Made by a program: the position numbers and the translations under genes | Notes under the pieces: model-generated | What the model was told of the DNA's origin: nothing | Database searches by the model: none | What the model saw: the letters and a program-made list of their open reading frames with translations, nothing else | NCBI RefSeq assembly: GCF_009914755.1 | Contig: NC_060937.1 | DNA: 64,000 nt | Strand: one strand, 5' to 3' | From: the human T2T-CHM13v2.0 reference genome, Homo sapiens | Shown: piece by piece, positions 47,649-61,400 of the stretch | Numbering within the stretch: position 1 is the first letter of the stretch | Layout of the letters: each line of letters starts with the position of its first letter

Positions 47649-48850
47649 CATGTGTGCAGAAGCTTTTAGCTTGATATAATACAATTGACCTATTTTTGTT
47701 TTTCTACCTGTGCTTTTGAGGTCTTCCTCAAAAAAATTATTGTCCAAACAAATATTCTGAAGCAATTACTCAATGTTTTCTTCTAGTAGTTTCATAGTTC
47801 CAGGTTTTGTTTTTAAGTTTTTAATTTATTTAGAATTGTTTTTTGTATATGGTGGGAGACAAGGGTCTAGTTCCGTTCTTCTGCTTATGAACAACCAGTT
47901 ATCCCAGCACTCTTTATTAAAGAGTGTGTTCTTTGTTCAGAGTATATTCTTGGTCCCTTTGTTGAAAATCAGTTGGCTTTAAATGCATTAATTTATTTCT
48001 GTGTGCTGTAGTTGGTCTTTGTGTCAGCTTTTATGCCAATACCATGCTGTTTTGGTTACTATAGCTTTGTGATCTATTTTGAAGTTAAGCAGTTTGATGC
48101 CTTCAACTTTGTTCTTTTTGCTTAAGATTGCTTTTGACTATTGTAGTTCTTTTAGGGTTCTATATAAATTTTAAGATTTTTTTTTCTATTTCTATGAAGA
48201 ATGTAATTAGTATTTTGATAGGGATGACATGAAATCTGTAGATATCTTTGGGTTGTGTGGACATTGTAACAATATTAATGTTTCTAATTAATGAACATGA
48301 TGTACTTTTTTCTACCCTCTTCAATGTCTTTTATCAATAAATGTTTTATAATTTTCATTATAGAGATCTTTCATCTCTTTGATTAAATGTATTCCCAGGT
48401 ATTTGATTTTATTTCATGTAGTTAATTGCTTTCCTGATTAAAAATAAAGAATGCTTTTGATTGGCTCATCGATAGACTCTTCAAAGCCTAGGAAAGAATC
48501 AGTGAGCTTGAGAAAATGTTACTAGGTACTTTCATAACTGAAATTAGAAGAGAAAAAAATATGAAAACAACAGAACAGAACATTCAAAAACTGTAGAGCA
48601 ATTATAAAAGGTATAAAACACACAGAATATGAATACAACAAAGAAAAGATAGAAATGAGCAGAAAGAAATATTTCGGCAATTATGACTCAAAACTTTCCA
48701 AAATTAATGATAAACAGCGAAACAGAGATTCATCAAGCTCAGAGACCACAAGCAATATAAATACCCCAAAAATCTGCGCCTAGGCATATCAAATTCAACC
48801 TGACAAATATCAAAGACAAGAGAAGAATCTTGAAAGAAGCCAGAGGAAAA
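45160..48850 (+). mobile_element. Ancient L1 5' region (L1MD-like 5'UTR + ORF1 start), split by a younger L1MA
   Basis: gaacaaactgaaaatcaacaactcttcttagatc...gaggtcacagggcaaacc. ORF1-like sequence at 46300-46440 resumes at 48440-48850 (cctaggcatatc...atcttgaaagaagccagagg). Confidence 0.7.
46450..48440 (-). mobile_element. 5'-truncated L1MA3/4-like element containing (TG)n at ~47600-47647
   Basis: 3' UTR ataatgatcaaatc...tcatttctttgtgttgggaaca...gaaatatacaataaatt followed by ORF2 3' sequence. Confidence 0.88.
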
Positions 48851-48899
48851 ATGTCCTGTAGGTCCACTGAGTTTCATGATGTTAGTTTATGCACCAGAA

Positions 48900-50600
48900 A
48901 CAATATTTGGTGTACTTTGGTCACTTCTAATTCCTTGAAGCTTTATCAAGTGACTCACTCTTTCTATCATTTTCTCTGACCAAACTGTTGATGATTTATC
49001 ATTTAATAATCAATTATATTTCTCCTCCCACAATATTATTCTGTCTTCCCTTGAGTCTCAAAGTTTTATAGTCACACCCAGAAACTGTCATCACCAATAA
49101 CTGTACCCACCTTATAATAAAAATTTTCAAATATCATATTCTCTGCACATCTGTTTTTATGTTTCCAGATAGGATCCACTAAAATCTTGATTCCAACTAT
49201 TTTATCTCACCAGGAACTTTAATCTGTTGATTCTTCCCTTCGTAACTTTATTCTTCTCTCCATATAGTCTCACTTTCTTTGTTTTTAATGGCTATACTTT
49301 TAGAGCCACTATTAAAATCTCTCACTACCCAAATCTGCTTCTAGTTTAATCACTGGCTCAGACGTGTCCTTAATTCCGTCCAGTTATCCTAACACATGTC
49401 TCTACTTTTCCACTCTCCTCTCTCTGAGGTGATTATTCACAGCGTCTAATGATAACATTTTGTTTCTAGAAGCAATCACAAGAGAAATTTCACATGCCTA
49501 TGCTCCAGGCCTTTTTATTTCTATGTGTGTTTACATAATCTGTCTTCAATCCTTTTAATGCAGATCTGTTCAATATCTTATACATATGCCTCAAATACCT
49601 TTCTCTAAAGTGTAATCCAGAATTTTTTCCCACAATTTTTTTCCTTTATCTTGTTCATAATCAGATGTTTCTGCCTCTACCCTTCCACCTGATGCATCTG
49701 TAAGTGTAGGAAAATATGTTGTTAACACACCTGCTATTAAAAGAAATTTTTCTTGCTATGCAGTAGTCCACATCTAATACTGTCCCATTTCTTTGTTCTT
49801 TAGAAGGAGGGCAAAGGCTGAAAAAGTTCTATATTCTCTGTGTATTTGCTTTCTCTCACGTAACCTTTCCAATCCACTACAGCTATCATTTGACTTCCAC
49901 TTTGTCAGTCACCAAACCTGACTTTTCCAAAACCACTCCCTCTTTCTTGAACTACTGGCCTCCAACTATCATGTTCTCTTACTTTTCCTTCTCTCTTCTT
50001 AGTCACTTCCCTTTACTCTCCTGTCCTAGAAGACTGAATTTTCCAGCAAATTTCAAAGAATATCCCATTGATGTTTTTCCTATTTCTGTATTTACATTAA
50101 ATCCATGTGATTTCATCCTATCCCATGGCTTCACAGATCATCCAATTATCAGATCTCTCTTTATCATCTTCCCAATCCTTTCATCCTAGACCAAGCACTC
50201 TTACTTGTCTCTTACTGACCTTTGCAGAATTCTTTAACATTTCCTATCTACACTAATTTTTGTTCTTTTCATATCACATTCTAACAAAGTTCCCTTGCTC
50301 ACTTGTGTAAAATCACAGCAGCCTTCTTTGCACCCTTAGAATGCAATCAGCCAAACTGTGCCTCAGACCTTTAGAAGTGCTGCTGCCTCTGACTAGGAAG
50401 GACATCCCTGAAATATTTATATTAGTTGATCCCTCACTTTCTTCACATAAGTGCTCAATATTCTCCTTTTAGATAAATCTTTTTAAAACATGATTTGTAA
50501 ACAATGTGTTAATTCTCATTCTTTTTTGTCTCACTATCCATAGCAATTATTACTTCCTGAAATATCTTTGTCTATTTTTCTATACAATTTAAGCTCCAAT
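48900..50600 (+). mobile_element. Degenerate L2 LINE
   Basis: Pyrimidine-rich, with L2 motifs (gatttcatcctatcccatggcttca; tgcctcagacctttagaagtgctgctgcctctg). Confidence 0.55.
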
Positions 50601-53393
50601 AATACACGTCAAAAAAACTGGAGAAACCAAATCACTTTTTCATTGTTCAAGTACTCAAAGTATCTCTGCTAATATTTCCTTCTCTAATATTTTATAATGT
50701 TAATATCACATGCCACATCTTTTTTTTTAATATGACACAATTGTTTCTTCTAACCAGTTGCTGATTATTAGAGAGGGTTGAATTCCATTAAAAATGGAAG
50801 CCAAAATGAATTTGCCTCAGTGATAGCTGTTTAAGAAATGTTTTCTTTATGATGAAGATATTCCAAAATTAAGAACTAGGAAATACATGGGGAGACAAGT
50901 TGAATCAAATCCTCCTAATCTTTCTTCAATTTGGGCTGTATTTATTTAAGCAATCAGAGACAAAACTATACATTAATTCATGGATGTGCCAGAAATGAAA
51001 TTAACAGTAATGTCAGGTTTCCTCAAGCTTAAGTTAGAGACTAAAAATGGTGGATTAATTCTATGGTCTTCATGCATTTTAAAAGATCAATACTGCAAAT
51101 GACATTTTAAATAAAATTATATGCAGTAATTTCTGTTGATGTGAGAAACTTTAATGCTTTAATAATTTCTGAGTCCAATAATAAAAACAGAAATTGTTCC
51201 AAAGGTGACAGCATCAAGATAATTTCTTCCTTTCTCTTTCCTTGACTAGTTTGGAGTCTTTATCAGTGCATCTTCCTTATAATCCAAGCAGTTTGTTTGT
51301 GTGTTTATTTATTTATTTACATTTAACAAAGAGTTTCAACATAGTGTTGCATTAAGAACCAAGAGAATGCACAAGGCAATGACACTTCTTGTCATGCGGT
51401 TACTTTAAACACACCACAATGTATTATTTCTGTGATTTTTCTTAGAAATATAATCCTCTGTAGAAATAAGTAGTGTTTGCCATCCATTCAACCCTGCAGC
51501 CACATTACAGGTATATTGTGTTTCAATTTTAATTATATTTACAACTTAAAAAGTTAAATGAAATCATTTTCTTAAGTAAAAATAAAGAAGATACAAAATG
51601 AATAATTGTGAATACATTTCTATTGTTATTATGAATAAATTATTAGCATTCTACCTGCCTACTAATATTTCACTGATTTGACACAAACTGAATGGTATAT
51701 AGTTACTTTCAAATAAAAATGTTTTTAAAATTTTAAATATTTAGTGGTTATATCTTGGTTTGTTTTTTTTTTTAGCTCAGAGCTTAAATAGAGATTTTGG
51801 GGGAAAAACTTCCTATAGGATTAGTAGAAAGACAGGTAAATAAATGTTTTTTTGATATGAAAATTAACTTTTAGTGTGTGAAACTTCTTGAAATAAAGTA
51901 TGTTAATTAATAAAAAAAATACCTCTATGCTTAAATATTTTAAGCGTAGAGGTACTCATTCAATTCCTAATATGAAAGAAGTCTACCTGGATTCAGATCC
52001 CATCTCTGCCATCATAGACATATTAACTGCATATGTATCAGAATTTAAATGTAATTTTTATGATTTGGAGAAAGAAAGTTTTCTATTTTGTCTTCAATTT
52101 ACCTGATTGTAAATTGAAGGATACTATGATCCTTTTTATAAAATATTTTAGTGGTGAGTTTGAAAAGGATTTACAACCACTTGTGACAAATAACCCTAAT
52201 ATAATGTCCTTCTAGGGAAGTAAATAAAATCAACTATTAGGTTGGTTTTAACAAGGTTACCTAACAAAGTCAAACATCTGAATCAGATTTCACAGTAAAT
52301 TGTGCTTATTCAGCTAAAATTATATTAAAAAGTTTTAATTTCATAAAAGTACATAGCTGAAAGAGATAATCATCAGCCAAAATTTTGCTTGAAGGTGGAA
52401 ATTATATTAAGAATGCATCTTTCTTTCTTTGCTCAGATGGTTCCACTTATGTAACTGTGGGTAAGCGCCTTCTAACTGTATTAACCAAACAAATAAAGAA
52501 TATTATTATCCATTATATTTACAGATGGTATTATAGTTAGCCATATTTGGCTTAAAAGGCTATGCAATCTCATAAATGTCCTTGTTAAATGTTGAATTAT
52601 ATTTCCTTTTCAAAAATAAACTAATATTTTTGTTAAACTTAGACATTTCACACGTATGCACACAGGCTTGTATGCATCTATCTCAAGATTTAATTTCATA
52701 TTATCATTTTCCTGCTCTTAAATCTACTTTTCTAGAAAACTAAACACAAAACAAATTTGGTACCAAAGGAAGAGACAATATTTCTAAACCAAGCGATAAA
52801 CAAGTCAGGATATTATTATGGAAAAATATGAAAAAGTTAATCTTCAGAAAAACAAGTCTGTCCAAGCTCTTCATTAATAATTGAAACATGGGTGCACACG
52901 TGAAGTGCTTGGTAAGTAATGAGCACCAGGCATAAATATTTAACAGTTTGTTTATGAAATGTGTCCTAAATTATGTCTAAATGTTAACAAGGATGTCTTA
53001 TACTAGACAGAACAATGAGGGACATAAATATTTCAAAGCAGCAAGCATGGCAGGTGGAAGCTAAAAAGCACCAGGCAGCTTCCATGTTCCTCGAACACTT
53101 CAACCTTCAGATATGTGCTTTTTAAGTTTAATAGGAACAAAGTGTTTCCCCATCAAAGCCAATGTTTACATCAGTTACATCAAAGCTATACTGGGATCCT
53201 TTTAAAGTACACTTATCAGACAAATAATGCATTCAAAGTGATGTGTCTTGGTGGTATAAAAGGAATCGACAAATAAGACAACCTACCAGAAGTGAAACGT
53301 TCCCCATAATAGCTAATGCTCTCTATGTTGTTTTCTGACCCACTTCCTAACAAAGACATAATGGAGATTCCGAACAATTCTCAAGGCTATTGT

Positions 53394-53394
<1 letters not shown>

Positions 53395-53452
<58 letters not shown>

Positions 53453-53468
53453 ACACAGACATACACAT
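53395..53468. repeat. (CA)n microsatellite, ~26 perfect units plus a degenerate tail
   Basis: Directly visible. Confidence 0.97.
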
Positions 53469-54295
53469 GAATACACAAACCTAGCAGAAAATGAAATGAG
53501 ATGGATTGTACTTGCTCTTTATGTGAAAAAAATTAATTATCCAATAGTGCTACAATAGCATAAAACCAAGTAGGAAATTTAGTTATATAATTTATCCAAT
53601 ATTTTCTTTCTTTTCTGATAGCAGAGGTTTTAACCTAATATACCGAAGAGTGAAGTATAAGCAAAATAGCATAGGTGACTCTGAAAAATGAAAATGTAAG
53701 GAGAAGAGATTAAGAAAAAAGCTCAAATTTTATAATAGTTCAGCCACAGAAATATTGCATATTCTTAGAAAAACCAATCACATTCTTCTGAAATAATATT
53801 GCTCCCAGTAGAGTAATAAATGTAAAGGTCATCATCATATTCAATTCTGCCACATAATTATTTGACAATATAAAACACAAAAAGCTAAATGAGCACTGAA
53901 ACTATTTGACAAAATAATATTTAAGAACCATAACATAGAAGTACTTATATTAATGTGAGCATTTAGATTGCTGATATTAGGTAGAGAAAAAAGTAATTTT
54001 TACTAAATTTAATGACTTTTATCAGACAATGGCTATTTTTGCTTTTTGTTTTACTTTATTTCACATGATAATAGTCATGCTACATTTTATTACTATTTCC
54101 TCTCTTGTTCCTGCAGTATAATTTCCCTAAAATTACTCCTTCAGTGACTATAAGTCACTTTCTTATAGCTGCGTCAATATTTTCTCAGACAAATATTTTC
54201 TCACCCTAAACCACTTGACTACCTACAATGACACTGATCACTATTCTTTGCCTCATTTGTTTATTCATTTACACTATAAAAATATTGATCTTTTA

Positions 54296-54815
54296 ATGTG
54301 AATTATGGCTTTAATCATATACCCCTGGCCTTTTGACACAAATCTTTACCTTATATTTCTAGTATATACCTTCCTGGAACTGCATATTCATTTCTAATAA
54401 AATGAACCAATGATTTCAAATTTTAAAAAATTAGCTAGGCATAGTGGCACACACCTGTATTCCCAGCTATATTGGAGGCTGAGGCAAGAGGATTGTTTGA
54501 GCCTAAGGGTTTGAGGCTACAGTGAGCCATGATTGTGCCACTGAACTCCAGCCTGGGTAACAATGTGAGCCCCTGTCTTAAAAAAAAATAACATAATAAA
54601 ATAATAAAATTGGTGGAATGAACTTCGGGGTATTCCTAAAACTTTCTCTGACAGTAATGTTGCCTTTTAAATTAACAGCTAATTTACGAAGTTTGAAGCC
54701 ATTGGTAAATTTTATTAGAAATGAATATGCAGTTCCAGGAAGATATGTACTAGAAACATAAGGAAAAGATTTGAGTCAAAAGCTCAGGGGTCATGATTAA
54801 AGCTATAATTTACAT
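54296..54815. repeat. ~140-bp inverted duplication (54296-54436 vs 54677-54815)
   Basis: The arms are about 85% identical by manual alignment, with a perfect 34-nt core cttcctggaactgcatattcatttctaataaaat / attttattagaaatgaatatgcagttccaggaag. Confidence 0.95.
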
Positions 54816-54932
54816 GGGGTGGGGGTCTCTTTGTGTTGCTTAGGCTGGTTTTGAACTCCTGTGCTCAAGTCATCCTCCCACCTTAGCCTCCCAAAATGCT
54901 GTGATTACAGGCATGAGCCACCATGCCTAGCC
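54425..54932. mobile_element. AluJ split in two: right arm plus tail on + (54425-54605), left arm on - (54816-54932)
   Basis: Complementary halves. The TSD copies are now inverted: aaaattggtgg (54606-54616) and ccaccaacttt (54934-54944). Confidence 0.85.
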
Positions 54933-54999
54933 CCCACCAACTTTGAATACGAAGTGGTTTTCTTTTGCCAAATTCATCTAGTTCAAATACTTTAGTCTA

Positions 55000-55810
55000 T
55001 GGTTCAGTGCCTGCTATTGCTTTAAACTCTGGTGAATTCTCTCATTTCTCTCATAGATATCTACATTGTATAAATTTTACTTCCTAATTCTTTTTCAAAT
55101 ATCTTCACTTATCTATGTCACTACTGCTACTATCTAATTGAGCTATCATCATCTCTCAGGTATATTCTTGAAGTAACACTGGAATTATTTATTTCTTCAA
55201 TACCTTCTACTATCCATTTTCTACACTTAGTGCAAATGTTCATGTTTAACTGGAAAATCAATCATTTTATTCATCATGAAAGGAAAATAGTGTGCTCCTT
55301 ATTCAAAAAATAAAGGTAAAAATTCTTAACCCAAAAAACAAGTTCCTTCATAGTTAATGCTGTCTGATACTCTAAGCCGTCATTCAGCTTCATGTCAGGC
55401 TATTCTGCTGCCCATTCTCTCCAATATCCTAAACCCCTTTCAAATCTGTATGTACTTCATGTTCATTCTGACTATAGGGCCTGTATGCATCATGTCTCCT
55501 CTGTCTGGAATCATCTTCTGTCCTCTTTTGTTTAGATTATTTTCATTCAATTCAGCTCAAATTCATTTATCTAGTAAATACTACTATGATATTCTGACTA
55601 ATCATTCTCTCTAATATAAGCCTTACATCACTATGAACTTCTTCAAAATATCTTTCCATGGTCACAATTTCATATAACAATTCAATTAATATCTGTCTTT
55701 CCCATTACACTGCAAATCCATGACATCAAAAAGTATTTGAATTCAAATTCACAATTATATTCCAAGCCTGTACTAGACACCTAGAATTACCTGGGGAATG
55801 AATGAACCTC
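55000..55810 (+). mobile_element. L2 3' region
   Basis: atctgtctttcccattacactgcaaatccatga...gaatgaatgaa terminus. Confidence 0.6.
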
Positions 55811-55967
55811 AGGCATAGCATCTCAACTTGTTCCTTTCTGAAACATTAAAGTAAACCTGCCACTGCTTCTTCTGTCCTGTGTGTAGAAAATAAATCCTGG
55901 TTAACCATTGGAATCAAGGTACATTGTTACATTGGTTATCATATCATTAATTTGTAAAAAGGAAATA

Positions 55968-56047
55968 CTAGGTTGGTGCAAAAGTAATTGCAGTCTTTGC
56001 CACTGAAAGTAATGGTGAAAACCAAAATTACTTTTGCACCAATTTAT
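55968..56047. mobile_element. MADE1 (Hsmar1-derived 80-bp palindromic MITE)
   Basis: taggttggtgcaaaagtaattgc...aattacttttgcaccaa, flanked by TA. Confidence 0.95.
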
Positions 56048-57739
56048 ATGACATTTATTATTTGCTTTTTTAGAAATAAGTGCACCATTAAAACACAATA
56101 CGGTATATTTAAATAGCATAAGTCTTTAATACAGTTGAATGTATTTATGTAGAATTAATTAGTAACTTTACAACTAATGTAAATGGGAATTTTGATAATG
56201 AAATATTTTTATTAAAAATACTGAAAAAATAACTATTGACATAAGCCCATTATGTAATATATTCTTTTACTTGTCCAATATGTTATGATAATTTTAGAAT
56301 TATTATTGTCATTTTCATTATTATTACTAATTTAAGAATGAGAATGCATTTTTTACAGATTTGTCAGATATTTGTTTTTATATACATTTTAATTTTATTT
56401 CATGGTTGCTATTTTATGAAATTTTATTTACAAATAAATGCCTAATCTCATCTCAAATAACAAATTTATTTTTCCATAGGAAAAACCAATTTATGAGAGA
56501 AAAAAATTTTCAGAATGTTATGATTCATTACCATCTTTATAATCTAAAAGAAATAATTTCATATATTCTCCAGTGTTTATAGATAGCATCCTTCATAACA
56601 TATAAGTATTACTATCTTATAAGTAGCTTCATTTTGTCTTAAGACAGATAAAATAATCATTTACAGTTTGAGAGACATATTAAAAATATGTTTTCCATTT
56701 TAATTTTACCCATTACGTTTACTGCTGGTGTTTTAAACTATAGTCTTAGGTTTAGACATGCAGAGAAAGAAACATAAGGAAAATTTTGCTGAGGACAGGA
56801 AGAATTGCCTTAGTGTTGGTGCTATTGTTGCCATTGCACAAAACCAGACGAAGCCATAGCACTCTTTATCTGAGGGGGTGGGAAATTGCCTTGAAAATAC
56901 GATGTTTTTTATAGTCTTCTCAGGAAGTAAGGTGTTGAATTAAAAAATCATTCTTTATCATTTACTACAAATGTTTCATGAAGGCAACCTCTTATTTGAA
57001 AAGGAAACTTGAAATTTAAATCTTAGTTACTTTCGAAGTGAGAATTGTCAAAAATATGCCTATATGTTTTAGCTGAGTCAGTCTAAAAAAAAAATAAAAT
57101 TTAAATAAAATAATCCAGATACTATGTATCCAGGATATCTGCATTCAAGAACACTTTATTCTCACATTGTAGCAAATACCATACTGTACAATAATATTTC
57201 TGTTTATAATATTTATACAGGCTAAAATATGAGATTGTTATGGACAAATTATTGTATATAATGCTTATCTATCCCAATCCATTTCACAGTACCAGGAATT
57301 ATGCAATAAACATAATAAATATTATTGAACATTTTTATTTCAACCACATCTTTGTATTTGAAATGTATTATAACTAATTTTCTTTTGTGACTGTATTATT
57401 TGGGAAGGGGAATGTCAGGGACATTTAAGGTAAAGGTCATCTAGCTTTGTAATTACTAACCAAAGTAGAGAAGCACACGAAAAAACAAAAAACAAAACAA
57501 AACAAAAAACTGGTGCAAATGTATATTACTTTCACATGAAAATTTATTTTCAGACCCAGTCTTTTGGAATGGAAATTTCTTATCAAGCTCAAAACATTAC
57601 TCAACACTGAATGCCTAGACAGAAAATAATAAAATAATATTTTCATTCACACCTTACTGGATCTTATGTTAGAATGTGCTATTATTGAGCATATCTTTGG
57701 TGTCCTTAAATTTCTGTCTTCTCTTACACATGTGCTTTC

Positions 57740-58110
57740 TACCAATTTAGAAGAACAGAAACTGAATTTACCCTCCTTCCTAAAACAACTGAAAAATGAC
57801 AAAAAGTATAAAAGAGCAGTTTTGAAATATTGAACATTAGGCAGTCTGAGAAACTAATTCATGATAGAGGAGAAAATAAATGCTGTTGGGTCTATATTTG
57901 CTCCCAGCTTATGTGTAGAGTTTCCAGGAGGCAGAACAAGTGGAGGAAGCCAAACAGAGCCCAGTTATCCCTCTGACTTGAGGACACCTAACTACTAGTC
58001 AAGCATCACCAAGACAGCTATGATCATTGGAGGAAATGGCTACAAAGTCAGTTCCAAATGACAAGACCCCTTGAAATCTTATTTTAGTTTTGATAAGACT
58101 ATATGCATGA
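57740..58110 (+). mobile_element. Ancient L1M 5'-end fragment
   Basis: atttaccctccttcctaaaacaact...gagtttccaggaggcag...ccaaacagagcccag resembles L1ME/L1M4 5' ends. Confidence 0.5.
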
Positions 58111-58462
58111 AGGAATTTCAAACTGGGTACCTGAGATCTCTCAATAATGTTTCAAAACATGATGATGCAAGAAAAATGTTAAAATTAATTATTTGGCTGT
58201 TGAATTCATAATGTTGGGACAACATTTTTTTCAGAAACAGATTTATTTTAAAATATAATCCTAATTATCAAAAAGTTTCCACATTTAACTTTTTACTTAT
58301 GTATCACTCATATTTACCTAGGCTATTTGTATCAAATTAAATTTTAAACTGTATTTTTAGCCTGTTAAATATTTATAATATAATTCTAAGACTACATAAA
58401 TAGAAGCCTTATTTATTTCAGCTATTAAAATTGGGACAGCGAACATAACTGGAAAATATATA

Positions 58463-61400
58463 AAAGGGGTCTCTAAGAAGTTCATGAAAATTATATATTA
58501 TGAAAAAAATATGAATAGACTTTAAATTTTTTGTACTAAAATAAACTTGTACTAACTTGTTATAACATGGCTGAACGGAATATAGTTTAAGGCACTAAAA
58601 ATGACAAAACATCAGTTTTAAGAGTCCTATCAGAGCAATGTGAATTCTGCTAAAATTGAAGCCCGAACAAACATCAAATTCATGAAGCTTGGATGGAGGA
58701 AAGAGTAATATAGTTAGGCTTTGTGTCCCCACCCAAATCTCATCTTGAATTGTAATCTCCAGGTGTTAAGGAGAGACCTGGTGGGAGGCGATTGGATTAC
58801 AGGGTCAGTTGCCACCATGCTGTTCTTGAGATAGTGAGTGAGTTCTTGAAAGATCTGGTGGTTTTATAAGTGTTTGGTAGTTCCTCTTTTGTTTCTTTCT
58901 TCTCTCTCCTGCTGCCTTGTAACAAAGGTGCCTGCTTCCACTTCAGCCATGATTGTAAGTTTCCTGAGGCCTCCCCAGCCATACAGAACTGCGAGTCAAT
59001 TAAACCTCTTTCCTTTGTAAATTACCCAGTCTTGGGTATTTCTTTATAGCAGTGTGAGAACAGACTAAAATAGTACTGCAGACAGTTGGGTTCTATAACA
59101 ATAGCCAAAAATGTGGAAATGACTTTGGAACTGGGTAACAGGCAGAGGTTGAAACAGTTTGGAGGGCTCAGAAGAAGATAGGAAGAAGAAGATAGAAAAG
59201 TTTGGAACTTCTGAGAGACTTGGTGAATGGTTTTGACCCAAATGCTGATAATTATGTGGACAATGAAGTCCAGGCTGGCGTGGTCTCAGATGGAGATGAG
59301 AAACTTCTTGGGAACTGAAGTGTAGGTCACTTTTGCTATGCTTTACCAAAGAGACTGGTAGCATTTTGCCCCTGCTCTAGAGATCTGTGGAACTTTGGGC
59401 CTGAGTGAGATTACCTAAAATTGGAACTCACGTTTAAAAGGGAAGCAGATCATAAAAGTTTGGAAAATTTGTAACCTGATGATGCAATAGAAAAGAAAAA
59501 CCTATTTTCTGGGGAGAAATTCAAGCCAGCTGCAGAAATCTGCATAAGTGACCGGGAGCCAAATGTTAATCACCAAGACAACGGGGGAAAAGTCTCCAGG
59601 GCATGTCAGAGATCTTCACAGCAGCCCCTCTCATAACAGGCCCAGAGGCATAGAAGGAAAAAATGGTTCTGTGGGCCACACCCAGGACCTTGCTGCTTTG
59701 TGTGGTCTTAAGACTTGGTGACTTAGGTCCCAGCCATGACTAAAAGGGGCCAACTTACAGCTCAGGCCATTGCTTCAAAGGGTGCAAGCCTCAAGCCTTG
59801 GTGGCTTCCAACTGGTGTTGGGCCTGTAGGTGCACAAAAGTCAAGAATTGAGGAGTGAGAACATCCACCTAGATTTCTGAAGATGTATGGAAATACCTGA
59901 TGTCTAGGCGAAGTTTGCTGCAGGGGGAAGCCCTATGGAGATCCTCTGCTAGGGCAGGGCAGAAGGGAATGTGGGGTTGGAGCCCACACATAGAGTTCCT
60001 ACTGGGGCACTGCCTGGTGGAGCTGTGAGAAGAGGGCCATCATCCTCCAGATCACAGAATGGAATATCCACCATAGCTTGCACCATACAGTTTGGAAAGC
60101 TGCAGGCACCAAATGCCACCCCATGAAAGCAGCTAGGAGGGAGGCTGCACAATGCAAAGCCACAGGAGCGGAGCTGACCAAGACCATGGGAGCCCACCTC
60201 TGGCATCAGTGTGCCTTGATTATAAGACATGGGGCAAAAGAGATTATTTAGGAGCTTTAAGATTTAATGACTGCCCCACTGGATTTTGAACTCGCATGGG
60301 GCCTGTAACCCCATTTATTTGGGACAGTTACTCCCATTTGGAGTGGGAACATCTACCCAATCCCTGTACCCACATTGTATCTAGGAAGTAACTATCTTGC
60401 TTTTTACTTTCCAAGCTCTTAGGTGGAAGGGACTTGTCTTGTCTCAGATAAGACTTTGGGTGGTGGACTTTTGAGTTAATGTTGAAATGAGTGAAGACTT
60501 AGAGGATTTTGGTAAGACATAATTGGTTTTGAAATGTGAAAAGACATGAGATTTGGAGTGGGCCAGGGTCAGAATGATATGGTTAGGCTTTGTGTCCCCA
60601 GCTAAATCTCTTTTGAATTGTAATCCCCAAGTGTTGAGGAGGACCTGGTGGGAGGTGATTGGATCATGGAGATGGTTCTCCCCATACTGTTCTTATGATA
60701 GTGAGTGAGTTCTCACAAGATCTGATGGTTTTATAAGTGTTTTGTGGTTCTTCTCTTGTTTGCTTCACTCTCCTGCCACCTTGTGAAGAAGGTGTTTGCT
60801 TCCCCTTCCACCATGATTGTAAGTTTCCTGAGGTCTCCCAGCCATGTGGATCTGTAAGTCAATTAAGTCTCTTTCCTTTATAAAAGACCCAGTCTTGGGT
60901 ATTTCTTTGTAGCACTGTGAAAACAAACTAATAAAACGATAACTCATTGATGCTCTACATAAAGTTTATCAAGACAATGCCTGCAGGAATTTAGCAATTT
61001 ACAAAAAGATAACTCATTTTAAGAAGGGACAAGACAATGTTGAAGATGAAGCTTTCAGGGGCAGAATATCCACATCAATTTTCAAGAAAAAATTCATTTT
61101 GTTTGTACTCTAATTGAAGAGGACTGAAGATGAACAGTGGAAACATTAGCCAACACTATCAACATTTTCATTGGTTTAGCTCACACAATTCTGACTGAAA
61201 AATTAAAGTTGAGCAAATTTTCTGCTCGATGGGTGTCAAAACTGTTGCAGCCAGATCAACTGCAAACAAGAGCAGAGCTTTCAATGGACATTTTAAACAA
61301 GCAGGATCAGGATACTGAAGTATTTCTTCCAAGAATTGTAACAGGAGATGAAACATGGCTCTACCAGCATGATCCTGAAGACAAACCATGATTAATGCAT

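Noticed and set aside
51446-51510. 65-nt exon candidate upstream of the 51.8-kb pair
   Set aside because: Stops in all frames from the stronger acceptor. The shorter 47-nt form ends in a phase incompatible with the next candidate exon.
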